Below, in pieces: positions 37,401 to 50,474 of a stretch of DNA of 64,000 nt; positions within the stretch are counted from its first letter, which is position 1, and each line of letters starts with the position of its first letter. The DNA comes from Octopus vulgaris. Its lineage: Eukaryota. The stretch is taken from NCBI GenBank assembly GCA_951406725.2, contig OX597833.1, positions 49,290,001-49,354,000 of the forward strand, read 5' to 3'. The notes beneath the pieces are model-generated. The model saw only the letters and a list, made by a program, of their open reading frames with translations. It was not told the DNA's origin and did no database searches. The translations under genes were made by a program, and so were the position numbers.

Positions 37401-39696
37401 TTTTTAATCTTCATTATTATTATTATTAATGCATACGCTGACAGAATCGTACCTTGCCGGAAAAATTGCTTAGCGGCATTTCTTTCGGAGCTTTTATATT
37501 CTGAGTTCGAGGCTTTACATTCTGAGTTCAAATTCCGCCGAGGTCGACTTTGCCTTTTATCCTTTCGGGGTCGATTAAAGAAGTACCAGTTACGCACTGG
37601 GATCGATATAATCGACTTAATCCGTTTGTCTGTCCTTGTTTGTCCCCTCTGTGTTTAGCCCCTTGTGCGTAGTAAAGAAATAGGTATTTTGTCTGCCGTT
37701 ACGTACTGAGTTCAAATTCCGCCGAGGTCGACTTTGCCTTTCATCCTTTCCGAGTCGATAAATTAAGTACCAGTTATGCACTGGGGTCGATGTAATCGAC
37801 TTAATCCATTTGTCTGTTCTTGTTTGTCCCCTCTGTGTTTAGCCCCTTGTGGGTAGTAAAGAAATAGGTATTTCTTTCGGGGCTTTTATATTCTGAGTTT
37901 GAGGCTTTACATTCTGAGTTCAAGTGTTGCCGTGGTCGAATTTGCCTTTCATCGTTTCAAGGTGGATAAAATGTGCACCATTTGAGTATTGGGGTCGATG
38001 TAATGGACTATAAAACTCTCGCTGGCCTTGTGCCAAAATTAGAAAGCGTTATCACTTATTTGTAAAGAATAATGAACAGGTACAATACATTTAGATGTAT
38101 TCATACGTATGGAATTAGTCTGTCTGTCTGTCTCTCTCATAAACTTTTATCATCAGCAGTTTTATGAAGGAAAAGTGAGAGCAGACGACAATGAATTAAT
38201 GAATAACAATGACATTGGTCGTTTCCATGCTCGTTTCAAGTTACTGTTAAGTCACTCTTAAGCAGAACAAAATACGTTTTTAATAAATACTAGCAGTATT
38301 GCCCGGCGTTGCTCGGGTTTGTTTTCTTTTTAACCCTTTAGAATTGGAATTTTTGAAAAGTAAAAATTTTGCATTATGTAGCTTGTTATTCTCTTTAAGT
38401 GAACATTTTTTTAGTTAAAACACACCGAAAAATAGCGATACAGCAGTCAAAAATTCGTAAAAAATGGGATTTTCATAGAAAAAAGCACCTTTTTTATGTA
38501 AATAGTTTTTGGTGTTAACATGGTCCGATTTGAATTTTTCTTCTACGGAAGGAAGAGCAAGCCTTCTTCTATCATACTCTCAATTTTGGTCAAGTTGCGC
38601 CGCAGGGTCTCGGAGGAGATAGTGTTAGTTGAAGGCTACTAAACCTGCCATACACAGACAACTGCAGCTATATATATAGAGAGATTTTAGTGAAGAGGAA
38701 ACGTAGTTTTCACAACTCTTCACAAGACCTCCGACACTGGTAGGGAGTATGGAAAGGACGTATCTTCGAGCTGGAGACATGGGCCGTATGCTTGCGACAG
38801 AGTGGACTCTGCTAATAACACCTAAGTATAGTGTTGAGGTGGGCAGTAGATTACGAGACCAAATGTCCAGGAAAACTGACAAAAAGGGTCTTGTTTCATC
38901 CGGACAATGTTCCAGCACACAAGTCCTTGGTTTCAATGGCTGCTATGTGTGACTATGGTTTTGAACTGGTTGATCAGTATCCCTTTTTCTCCTGATTTGG
39001 CCTCCTCTGATTATCATATGTTCCCCAACATGTAAATACACTTGGCTGGGAACCAGTATCGCAGTGATGGTGACGTCATATCTGTTGTTGATGAGATTTT
39101 TGACCAACAGGATGAAGGCTTTTTCACTAATGGGATCCAAGCACTCTTAACATCGATGGAAGAAGTGAGTGAATCGCAAAGGAGACTATGCTGAAAAAAC
39201 CCCCTCATTTGGCCAGATTTCATGAGACTATCTTTGGCAGCTGTGAACTTTTCAGCCGACTCTCGTAAGTCTCCATTTTAGGTCACAGTGGGGTCAGAAA
39301 TTAGGGTAACGTAAAGGGCCTGAACAAATATTTAAAGGCATTTTTTAAAACCAATCTCTAAAGAATGAGCAGCAAGGTTGAGCGACGCCTGATTTGAGCT
39401 GTGAGTTCCATGCACCTAGTGTCTTATACATTCGTACTTTCTTTATATTATTATAACCCACGTTGTATTACTGGTTTCTTACATACGTTCAGTGGTTAGA
39501 GCGTCGGGCTCACGATCATGAGGTATTGAGTTCGATTCCCTGACCGGGTTGTGTGTTGTGTTCTTGAGCAAGACACTTTATTTCACATTGCTCCAGTTCA
39601 CTCTACTGTAGAAATGAGTTGTGACGTTACTGGTGCCAAGCTGTATCGGCCTTTGCCTTTCCCTTGGATAACAACGGTGGCGTGGAGAGAGGAGGC
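33562..39696 (+). repeat. copy 2 of the ~6.2-kb direct duplication
   Basis: Begins right after the gap with the same aaaaaagtaaatagcttctcag sequence as 27171. Confidence 0.95.
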
Positions 39697-41629
39697 TGGT
39701 ATGCATGGGCGTCTGCTGGTCTTCCATAAACAACCTTACCCAGACTTGTGCCTCGGAGAGGAACATTCTAGGTGCAATCCCACGGTCATTCATGACTGAA
39801 GGGGGTTTCTTTTTGTTCGCTCTTCAGTAATTGATAGTGCATACCTTCTCTGTACTTTAGTTTGTCTGGTGTTGTCTTAGATTTAAAGAACTTAGAAGAG
39901 TAAGTAAAAACCGAGTGCTAGTTACCAAATTAGATTAATATTTTACTATAACCATCAACGTATCATACTTATTGTATATACATTGTCGATAGGCCTGTTA
40001 CTATGGTAGTTGTCCTGATATAACATCTATTATGGATGTATTGTATTAAAATCAATAAATATTAGAACAAGGCAAAAATTCATCCGGCAGCAGATGTATT
40101 TCGACAATTTTGGGCATTTTCAATGGCACATACTCGCAGCTAGGTACAAACTGGGACGAGAGTTCGTCGTCTCTAATGTAAAAAAAAAAAAAATAAATGC
40201 GCCTTTTAAAGCCTAACCAGGCTCATGGGCCCGGTTTCCTGGTTTCTATGGCGTATGTGTTCCGTAGCTGGACGGGACGCCAGTCCATCGCAGCGTTACT
40301 CATTTTTGCCAGCTGAGTGGACTGGATCAACGTGAAATGAAGTGTTTTGCTCAAGAACACAACGCATCTCCCGGTCAAGGAATCGAAACCACAATCTTAC
40401 TATCATGATGCTGACACCCTAACCACTAAGCCATGCGCCTCCACTCGTCTCTAATGTAGGAAATAAATAAATAAAACATTCACTGATGTTGCGAGTAGTC
40501 GTTCGGTTGAATAGAAATTCATATATGCAATTGAATTAGAATAGTTATCTTTGTGTCATAGGCGCAGACATGGGTGCGTGGTTAAAAAGCTAGCTTTGCG
40601 ATCCCGTGCTTTCAGGTTCAGTTCCACTTCGTGGTATTTCGGGTAAGTCTTTTCCTACTATAGTCTCGGGCCGACAAATGCGGTGTGAGCAAAACTGGTA
40701 GACGTGGAAAGTGTATAGAAACCTACCCTGTGTATGTGTGTATGTGCGCGCGCTCATGTCTGTGTTGCTTACTTTATATATTTATATCCTGTAACTTAGA
40801 GATGTGGCAGAGGAGGCTGAGAGAAAAAGGTAACGAAACTAAAAAAAAAAAAAAGAAAGAAAAAAGTGTACTGGGGTCAATTTACTTCGACTGAAAACCC
40901 TTCAAGCCCGTGCTCCAGAATGGCCGCAGCCAAATTACTGAAACAAATAAACAATGAAACAGAAACAACATACCCTAAAATGTGTTTTGTTGTTCTTGAA
41001 TCTATTTACTGGAGATTCTTCTCAACAGTTAACAGCGACAAATATACCCCAACCTTTATAGACCAAACTATATCAAAGTTAACGATGAATCTTCCGTTAT
41101 TGTAGAAAACAATGTTACGAAGCGACAAAACAGAGTAACAACCAACATACACATACATACATACACAAAAAAAAAAAAGCAAAAGCGATAAATTTTTAAT
41201 GGACGCCATTTTGAATCGACAGCATTTATTAATATTATCCATGTCTCTTTTGAGTGTAGCAATCTTGTAACAGTCATCAAAGCCTTACATCATCAGTTCA
41301 CTGAATCACGTTACCGTATTTAATAGAACATTATTTTTAGATTGATTGGCTGTATTTACTTTTCTTCTCATGCTCAGCCAGTGGGCAGCGATGCGTGAAC
41401 TCCGCAGACATTGAGAAATGACAACGTCGGTCTGTATGTTATCACAGCTTCTTAGTGCCAGTAATGGCCAGTGTTAACAGTGGTAGGGATGGTAGTGATG
41501 ATATTAATGGTGTTGTTGTTGGTGGTGGTAGTGATGGTAACGATACTGGTGGTGTCTCAACATTGCTGTTTCACAGACTGAATCGTATAACATGGTAACG
41601 TGTACCAAAGGTCAACGAAATCACCTCAG

Positions 41630-41688
41630 TTACCACTGCTGCTGCAGCTGCTACTATTACTACTGCCGCTACTACAACCACCATCAAC

Positions 41689-41752
<64 letters not shown>

Positions 41753-41865
41753 ATAATAATAATAATACCACTACTTCTACTACTGTTGCTACTGCTGCGA
41801 CTCCTCCTCCACCACCACCACCACCTCCTCCTCCTCCTACTACTACTACTGTTGCTGCTGCTGCA

Positions 41866-41924
<59 letters not shown>

Positions 41925-41925
41925 A
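41630..41925. repeat. (CTA)n/(CCA)n/(CTG)n compound microsatellite
   Basis: Direct reading; similar tract at 45990-46098. Confidence 0.95.
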
Positions 41926-42029
41926 AGAATCTTTACTACTCTCGGCACAAGGCCCGAAATTTTTTTTTGGGGCGGGGCTAACTCTATTACATCTTGACAC
42001 GTGTCAAGAATGTGATTTTTATGAGGATA

Positions 42030-42125
42030 CCATTCCTGATGAAGGGGAAATTGTCTGCATGGTTTGTAAGATTTTTATTAATTTTTCTACCTGGACATAA
42101 ACTCTGGAAACGGTTGTAGAAAGTG
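42030..42125 (+). ncRNA. type I hammerhead-like motif with long stem II (probably Penelope-derived, degenerate)
   Basis: ttc-CTGATGA(42036-42042)...GAAAC(42107-42111)-ggtt-GTA-gaa; stem II imperfect. Confidence 0.4.
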
Positions 42126-42332
42126 AACCTCCTCGAACTGTATTATATACCTTATATAACATTTATATATTTAAGAAAAAACATCGAATTTTATGGATCT
42201 TTTAATTGAAACTCTTAACCGCTCTTAATTTTAGTATTAAAAAATTTTATCAGTTCTCTTTTTCCCCCACTTCCTTCCATACGTATCCCATATGGGTTTT
42301 ATTTAGATGTATTTTTATGTATATATATATAT

Positions 42333-42520
42333 AGGGAGAGTTTACGAAAAAAAAAGACGAAGATAGGTGGTGTACAAAACAAACAGATGTATTAGTATAA
42401 CGCTCAGGAATAAAAAAATGTATTTTACTTTTCGAGCCTACGCTCTTCTACAGGAAGGGACACAGAAAAAAACAAGGAGAGAAAAAAATGTGTGTAGTGG
42501 CTAACGATCTATCATGGCGA
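42333..42520 (-). mobile_element. Penelope-type pLTR fragment between (TA)n tracts
   Basis: Shares tttcgagcctacgctcttc.acag with 4272-4295. Confidence 0.55.
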
Positions 42521-42755
42521 CTATATATATATATACTCTTTTACTCTTTTACTTGTTTCAGTCATTTGACTGCGGCCATGCCGGAGCACCGCCTTTAGTC
42601 GAGCAAATCGACCCCGGGACTTATTCTTTGTAAGCCCAGTACTTATTCTATCGGTCTCTTTTTGCCGAACCGCTAAGTGACGGGGACATAAACACACCAG
42701 CATCGGTTGTCAAGCAATGCTAGGGGGACAAACACAGACACACAAACACACACAC

Positions 42756-42834
<79 letters not shown>

Positions 42835-43056
42835 GTATAAAATTGCTGATAAAGAGCGTTCTGTCTATCGCTATACGAATCCATCATTTTTTGCTAAAAT
42901 GTCGTATTGACAAGTTTCGTTTTTTCACTTTCCCGAAGAGAAGATTGCATTGTTTATACCCTTTATTCTTTTGAATAAGTATCAGTGGAATTTTTGAAAC
43001 ATATGTAGAAAGAAAAAATACTTGTTTAAACCTGCGTTAACTCCATTTTTTATTCC

Positions 43057-43094
<38 letters not shown>

Positions 43095-43256
43095 TACGAC
43101 AGGCTTCTTTCAGTTTCCGTCTACCAAATCCACTCACAAGGCATTGGCCGGCCCGGGGCTATAGCAGAAGACACTTGCCCAAGATGCCACGCAGTGGGAC
43201 TGAACCCGGAACCATGTGGTTGGTTAGCAAGCTACTTACCACACAGCCACTCCTGC

Positions 43257-43404
<148 letters not shown>

Positions 43405-43657
43405 ACTGTATCAGTATGATTGCCTAATTTGAGTTTATATCTTAATTTATATATTGCATGCAGTTAATGGCGTGTGTTACCGCGTAATATGAAATATACT
43501 TTTACCAAACGACTTGCATAAAATGGTTTAAAACGTCTTTGTTTCGGTGCGTTGTTGTCATCTGTCCTGGAATGCCAGCTTGGAGATATCTTTTTATTTT
43601 ACTTTTCGTTGTTTCAGGCATTGAACTGTGGTTACGCTGGGTCACCCCATTGAAGGG

Positions 43658-44158
43658 TTTAACCCATTGCCAGTCACGAGCCCCATTTGGGGATCTCCTA
43701 AAAACAGTCTCACTACCGGTTTTTTCGTTGTATTTAAAGTAAATTGCTTATGGACAACATTGTATTAGCAGAGGTGTCTTCAACAATATTTAGTAGTATA
43801 AGATTTGTCATTATTAGTTCTGGCTAATTCTAGAGGACATCTTATGCCATAAGTCGCAATTTTTGAACTACAAAAATATCGACTGTTTTGAAAACGTTTT
43901 TTTGTTTTTGCATTTCCCATCTATATCATTCATTGAGCTTAAAACCCCCCAGCTAAAATGCTTATTATTGCAATTGAATAGAAGAAGGTAAATATGCTTT
44001 TTTTCAGCGATCCCCATTTGGGACTTTCGAAAAAATTATCGTAATTTCTAAAATAATTCACTTATGAAGAAAATTTATATACTATATATTATTCTAACTC
44101 CTAAGACACCCTGCAAAGCCAAAAAGTATGAATAAAAAATTGGCAGTTAAAGGGTTAA
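43658..44158 (+). mobile_element. TTAA-bounded (piggyBac-like) MITE, ~500 bp
   Basis: ttaacccattgccag ... tggcagttaaagggttaa. Confidence 0.75.
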
Positions 44159-44698
44159 GTGGAAATAATTCGGCCTCAGTACTTATGATGTTTTGTTTTA
44201 AAGTCTCGTATTTATTCTATCGATTTCTTGCCGAACTTCTAAGTTACGTCGATGTAATTAAAGGCTTGCGTTTGTTTACGGAGTGGTAACAAAAAGAAAC
44301 ACAGACACACACCCACTCATACACACACATACACACACATATTCTCTTATTCTTTTACTTGTTTCAGTCATTTAGCTGCGGCCATGCTGGAGTAGCACCT
44401 TAAAGGGTTTCTTTTTCAGTCGAAGAAATCGACCCCAGGACTTATTCTTTGTAAGCTTAGTACTGATTCTATCGGTCTCTTTTGCCGAACTGCTAAGTTA
44501 CGGGGACGTAAACACACCAGCATTGGTTGTCAAGCAATTGTGGTGGTGGTGGTGGGGAGACAAACACACACACACACACACGCACGCACACATATATCCG
44601 ACAAGGCTTTGGTCGGCCCGAGGCTGTAGTAGCAGACATTTACCCAAGGTGTCACGCAGTTGGACCGAGCATAGAACCATGTGATTGAGAAGCCTGCG

Positions 44699-44771
<73 letters not shown>

Positions 44772-45207
44772 AATAATAAGTTTTCGTCTACCAAATTCAG
44801 TCACAAGGCACAGTAGAAAACAACATGTCCAAGGTGCCGTGCAGTGAGATTGAACCTGAAACTACGTTGTTGCGAAGGGAGCTTCTTAACAACACAGCTA
44901 TTCACCACACTTATAAACAGAAATCTTTAAATCTGTAGAATTTGTCTCTATTTTCAAAATTGGTTAACTTTTCCAATCGATCTGTGAGGCTGGGTAAAGT
45001 GCAATATTATGGCGCCTGAGAAGGCAAGTTTATTGGTATTAGAAACTAATTGGACGGAAAATTTACTTATTTTATTTTATAAGGGAAATAATACTCGTGT
45101 TTTGAGCAACGTACAAACTTATTTAGATAACCTAATGTAGAAAGAAACTGGACTACAACGTCGGCCAATTGACGCCGAAATAATAATTCAGAAACATGTC
45201 CAGTGAT

Positions 45208-45270
<63 letters not shown>

Positions 45271-45279
45271 TAATAATAA

Positions 45280-45462
45280 TCTGTTCTACAATGGGCACAA
45301 GGCCTGAAATTTTTGGGACACACTGTTCAAAATAATCTTATCTACAATAGGCACAAGGCCTGAAATTTTGGGGTCACAATGTTCAAAATAATTTTTTTCT
45401 ACAATAGGCACAAGGCCTGAAATTTTTGGGGCACAATGTTCAAAATAATCTTTTCTACAATA
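45280..45462. repeat. three tandem ~57-bp units built from a SINE tail
   Basis: ctacaataggcacaaggcctgaaatttt...gttcaaaataat repeated. Confidence 0.8.
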
Positions 45463-45754
45463 ATGATGTAAAAAAAAAATAAGTGCGCTTTTTTAAAGCC
45501 TAGCCAGGCTCATGGGCCCGGTTTCCCGGTTTCAATGGCGCGTGTGTTCCCCAGCTGGACGGGATGCCAGTCCTTCGCAGCGTTACTCATTTTTGCCAGC
45601 TGAGTGGACTGGAGTAACATGAAATGAAGTGTATATCTCAAGAACACAACGCGTCACCCGGTCCAGGAATCAAAACCACAATCTTACGATCAGGATGCTG
45701 ACACCCTAACCACTAAGCCATGCGCCTCCACAAATAATAATAATGATGATGATG

Positions 45755-45820
<66 letters not shown>

Positions 45821-45868
45821 TCGAAAAATACCTTAGGCATGAGAACCCAGGTTCGAAATTTCCCCCAA

Positions 45869-45914
45869 GACACCTGATGAAGGCTGGAGGGTATATCAGC
45901 CGAAACGTTGTGTT
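45869..45914 (+). ncRNA. minimal type I hammerhead ribozyme motif (Penelope-type) following (AAT)n
   Basis: Stem I gacac/gtgtt, CTGATGA 45874-45880, stem II ggctg/cagcc, GAAA, palindromic AACGTT in place of a stable stem III. Confidence 0.6.
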
Positions 45915-46046
45915 AACAACAAACAGGATGAGGACAAATATCTGGCAATTGTAAACAATGTAAATAATATCCAGAATTGTTGTAGACCGTCGCCACCGCC
46001 ACCACCATCACCACCGCCACCACCATCACCACCGCCGCCGCCGCCG

Positions 46047-46098
<52 letters not shown>

Positions 46099-46179
46099 AA
46101 CATTCTCTCTTGGCCACAAGGGCAGCAAAATGAGGATTTACATAAACACGTGTAAGCAAATAATAATAATAATAATGAT

Positions 46180-46785
46180 AATCCTTTCTCCTGAAGGCAC
46201 AATGCCTGAAATTTGGGGTAGGGGGCAAGTCGATTACATAGACTCCAGTGTGTAACTGGTACTTGTTTCATCGGCCCCGAAAGGCTGAATTTGACCTCAG
46301 AACGTGAAGACGGACGAAAGGCTGCTAAGCATTTCACCCGGCGCACTAACGGTTCTGCCGGCTCGCAGCCTTAATAATCATAATAATAATCCTTTCTAAT
46401 GTAGGCACAAGGTCTGAAATTTGGAGGAGTGGACTAGTCGATTAGACCGACCCCCAGTGTTTCACTGGTACTTAATTTATCGGCCCTGAAAGGATGAAAG
46501 GCAAAGTCGACTTCGGAGGTATTTGAACTCGGGACGTAGCGACAGACGAAATGCCTATTTCTTTACTACCCACAAGGGTCTAAACACAGAGAGGACAAAC
46601 AAGGACAGACAAACGGATTATGTCGATTACATCGGCCCCAGTGCGTAACTGGTACTTAATTTATCGACCCCGAAAGTATGAAAGGCAAAGTCTACCTCGG
46701 CGGAATTTGAACTCAGAACGTAACGGCAGACGAAATACGGCTAAACATTTCACCCGGCGTGCTAACGATCTGCCAGCTCGCCGCC
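46180..46785 (-). mobile_element. cluster of family B SINE units (young unit fused to older ones)
   Basis: Junction gacgaaatgcctatttcttt at ~46546-46565. Confidence 0.85.
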
Positions 46786-46796
46786 TTTTTTTTTTT

Positions 46797-46842
46797 AGAT
46801 GGAACGCTTCACGAATTTGCGTGTCATCCTTGCGCAGGAGCC

Positions 46843-46875
<33 letters not shown>

Positions 46876-46889
46876 AATATGTACCGCCG
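46797..46889 (-). pseudogene. U6: U6 snRNA retrocopy lacking the first ~10 nt
   Basis: Minus strand cggcggtacatattctaaaattggaacgatacagagaagattagcatggctcctgcgcaaggatgacacgcaaattcgtgaagcgttccatct plus A11; contains the ACAGAGA box and AGC triad. Confidence 0.93.
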
Positions 46890-47049
46890 TTAATCATTTC
46901 GCCCGGCGTTCTAACGAGTCTGCCAGCTCACCGCCTTTACAATCATAATAATGATAAGTAACTCGAAAATTCTAACAAAATTAAAAAAAACAAAACATTC
47001 CCAATAGGACGAATAAACGCCACCCAGGGTAAACCAAGGAACTGTACTG

Positions 47050-48330
47050 TTCCTAAGCCATCCTACTCAGCAGGAGTATCATGGTAAGTGCTACTCTCTT
47101 CCCTATGTGCTTCAACCTAGAACCGCTATCTTGGAGTACGCACGATCACTCGGGTCTTACTTGTCGCATTCACCCACCTTTTAACAAATTTGTCGGAGGG
47201 CAGCACTTCCGTCTCAACAATCACTTTCCTTTTCAAATGGAATTTAAAAAAAAGTCGATAAGGGCTTAGCCGAAGATGAAAATGCTTTCATTCCTTTCAA
47301 TTACGTTCTTCACACAATCTCTTTCGCCATAGTCACTAGACACAGAAAACTGCTTGCGGTTCCCGGTCAAAGGAAAGTGACGGGGTGATCTTAACGATAG
47401 AGTCAACGCCCAGAGTTTCTGAGGACGCCGTCGACCTTACCCACCCCATTCCTCTATAGAACGTCATGATGGAACATTTACGGACCGTATTGCACGGCTG
47501 GTAGAGGACTATGAGCAACCGACGGCACTCTAGATACTATGCACACGAGCTCCGTCTACGCTTGATCTAGGACTGCAGCTCTGCCAAAGAAAGGAGCTGC
47601 GGAAAAGCTCGTCTGGTAAACGGCGACCACAAATTCTCATTGTCAAGAAATTGCTGGAGATATTGTAACCTCGTTGCATGTCTGCGCGTCGTTTGCTACG
47701 GCCTGCCTTGTCCTCCATGCAGTGGATGTTCACAGTAAATGGACCATCTGACCAATGGAACGCGTCCGCTCAACAGAAAATAGAAGAGCAAGTGCCTCAT
47801 TCTGGTCAGCTCTGAAGCGAGGCAAATCAGGACAGTCAGATGGTATTAGATAACGGATACGATGTAGACATTCACCATCTCCTCTTGGCCCTACACGGAG
47901 AGTTTCGTGTGGCCCATTTCTGGGTGAGACTAGCCATCTTCCTCCTCACCTTATTACAGTTCTTGTCAATCTGGAAATCTGGATCAAAGCAAACAGTCCG
48001 CCCGTCTAGCGCTCCACGACGATGTTGGACGACATGGATCTCTCCATATGCTGAATTGCAGGCTCAACAACTTCTGGTTAATTTTTACCCCTATCATTGC
48101 CTCGTATTCTCTTAGAGCAGTGTCAACCATCTCGATGTATTTGGAGTCCGACACTATTACGATGACGTTACCCGCATACGTAAACACGGGTCTTCTGCAT
48201 CCTTGTTCTTGTGAAATATCTCTCGAAACCTCCAATTTCTGCTACGGTGGCTGTAAAAGTCAGTACGTACAAAAAGGAAGAGATGTGGCACTCTTGACAA
48301 CCGAACGCATGACAACAAACGGTTCCGACA
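47050..48330 (-). mobile_element. degenerate L1/Tx1-like LINE ORF2 remnant
   Basis: Minus strand FTYAGNVIVIVSD...ALREYEAMIGVKINQK (decayed YADD and following K-I-N motif); C-terminal ...FFKFHLKRKV...FVKRWV; many stops and frameshifts. Confidence 0.6.
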
Positions 48331-48402
48331 CGTAACCATTAACTCTGACCACCGAACAAATATCGCTGTGCATTGCAGTAGTACATGGTCATCGGGTACT
48401 AC

Positions 48403-49002
48403 GAGCTGGCAGAAATGTTAGCACGCCGGACGAAATGCTTAGCGGTATTTCGTCGGCCGTTACGTCCTGAGTTCAAATTCCGCCGAGGTCGACTTTGCCT
48501 TTCATCCTTTCGGGGTCGATTAAATAAGTACCAGTTACGCACTGGGGTCGATGTAATCGAATTATTCCGTTTGTCTGTCCTTGTTTGTCTCCTCTGTGTT
48601 TATCCCTTTGCGGGTAGTAAAGAAATAGGTGTTTCGTCTGCCGTTACGTTCTGAGTTCAAATTCCTCCGAGGTCGACTTTGCCTTTCATCCTTTCAGGGT
48701 CGATTAAATAAGTACCAGTTACGCACTGGGGTCGATGTAATCGAGTTATTCCGTTTGTCTGTCCTTGTTTGTCTCCTCTGTGTTTAGCTCCTTGTGGGTA
48801 GTAAAGAAATAGAAATAGGTATTTCGTCTGCCGTTATGCTTTGAGTTCAAATTCCGCCGAGGTCGACTTTGCCTTTTATCCTTTCAGGGTCGATTAAATA
48901 AGTATCAGTTACGCACTGAAGTCGATATAATCGACTTAATCCATTTGTCTGTCCTTGTTTGTCCCCTCTATGTTTAGCCCCTTGTGGGCAATGAAGAAAT
49001 AA
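48403..49002 (+). mobile_element. SINE family B head-to-tail trimer with TSD
   Basis: Three units joined at aaagaaatagg|t(a/g)tttcgtc; agtacatggtcatc present before (48380) and after (49002). Confidence 0.9.
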
Positions 49003-49447
49003 GTACATGGTCATCACAATTCTTAGCATATCACAATCATATCGCTATCGTGTGCAAACACAACACTTTTGCTCTGTGCATATCCTAAATCTTATATTCA
49101 GCCTTCTGAACTGGACACTATAAAAACTTGGAAAAATGGATTCATAGCCTCGGAAAGTGTTATATATCAGTGTTAATGGAAATGTTAACATCAATGTAGT
49201 CAGATTATACTTCCCTCGCAAGGAAGGTTGCCGGGGATTTAAATCTGTTGTAATATCATATGAAACCCAACATGTAACACAGAAGTGACATCTCCAGTAG
49301 AGAAAGTGCTTAACACTATTTTGAAGAAGTTTACGATCATGGAAGTGATAAAATTATTAGGATAGCTAATAAATTTCAGGAGAGACATGAAATAAAATCT
49401 GACACCAACCTCTCCAAGGAACATTAGCGGATTTCCCCCTCACCACG

Positions 49448-49787
49448 TATGTATGTATGTATGTATGTATGTATGTATGTATGTATGTATGTATGTATGT
49501 ATGTATGTATGTATGTATGTATGTATGTATGTATGTACGTACGTACGTACGTACGTATGTATGTATATATGTATGTAGTCACATGCACACACAATCTGTG
49601 TGTGTCTGTGATAGATATAAATATGTGTATACTTATGTATATATCTACACACATGTATATCTATTTCTACACACATATGTATATGTATATATGTGTGTGT
49701 GTGTGATAGATATAAATATGTATATACTTATGATACTTATGTATATATCTACACACACATGTATATGTATACACACACATATATATA

Positions 49788-49819
<32 letters not shown>

Positions 49820-49960
49820 ATAGATATAAATATGTGTATACTTATGTATATATATACACGCACGTGTATGTAATCATACGTATATGTATACAAATATATA
49901 GTTTATATGCGTATATGTATATAAGTATGCATGTATGCATGTACCTAAGTATGTATGTTG
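49448..49960. repeat. (TATG)n plus three microsatellite-based units (gtgatagatataaatatg...)
   Basis: Direct reading. Confidence 0.85.
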
Positions 49961-50206
49961 TATGTATTCATTCAGAAAGTTGCATCGACATATTTATAGG
50001 ATCTCACCTTAGATATTATCTCCATGCAATCCAGGTGCCAGAAATTCCTACACCAAAGTTTGTCAGCATCAGCCGACAACAAATGTAGGCTATGCAAAAA
50101 CAAACATGAAGATATGTCATGACATAACTTCCATCTCCTCCCTGAGAATGAGATGTACATGCTTGTGTGCGATATATAGATATATATATATATATATATA
50201 TATATA

Positions 50207-50429
50207 CTTTATTTAAAGCAGCAGAAAATTCAACAAAATCTGTTACTCTGAGTTTCTCGTTGCCGTTCATCAGACATTCTAGCAAAAACTGTCTGATGAA
50301 CGGCAACGAGAAACTCAGAGTAACAGATTTTGTTGAATTTTCTGCTGCTTTAAATAAAGCATATTACTCTACCACTGGTATTTGAGTACTCTTTTTTTCC
50401 ACCTTGTTTCACATTTATGTGTTTACTCC

Positions 50430-50432
<3 letters not shown>
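50207..50432 (+). mobile_element. Penelope-type pLTR with perfect inverted 5' duplication and hammerhead motif, inside (TA)n
   Basis: 50207-50276 is the exact reverse complement of 50290-50359; hammerhead ctgt-CTGATGA-acggcaacga-GAAA-ctcagag-TA-acag at 50289-50326. Confidence 0.75.

Positions 50433-50474
<42 letters not shown>

Noticed and set aside
41195-41225. YY1-like AAAATGGCG motif on the minus strand as a promoter or start codon
   Set aside because: Single short motif; no supportable exon or ORF follows
41571-42100. poly-Leu, poly-Ser and poly-Val ORFs
   Set aside because: Trinucleotide microsatellite
46797-46889. functional U6 gene
   Set aside because: 5' stem-loop truncated, several substitutions, ends in A-tract rather than T-terminator, upstream is SINE rather than a PSE/TATA promoter
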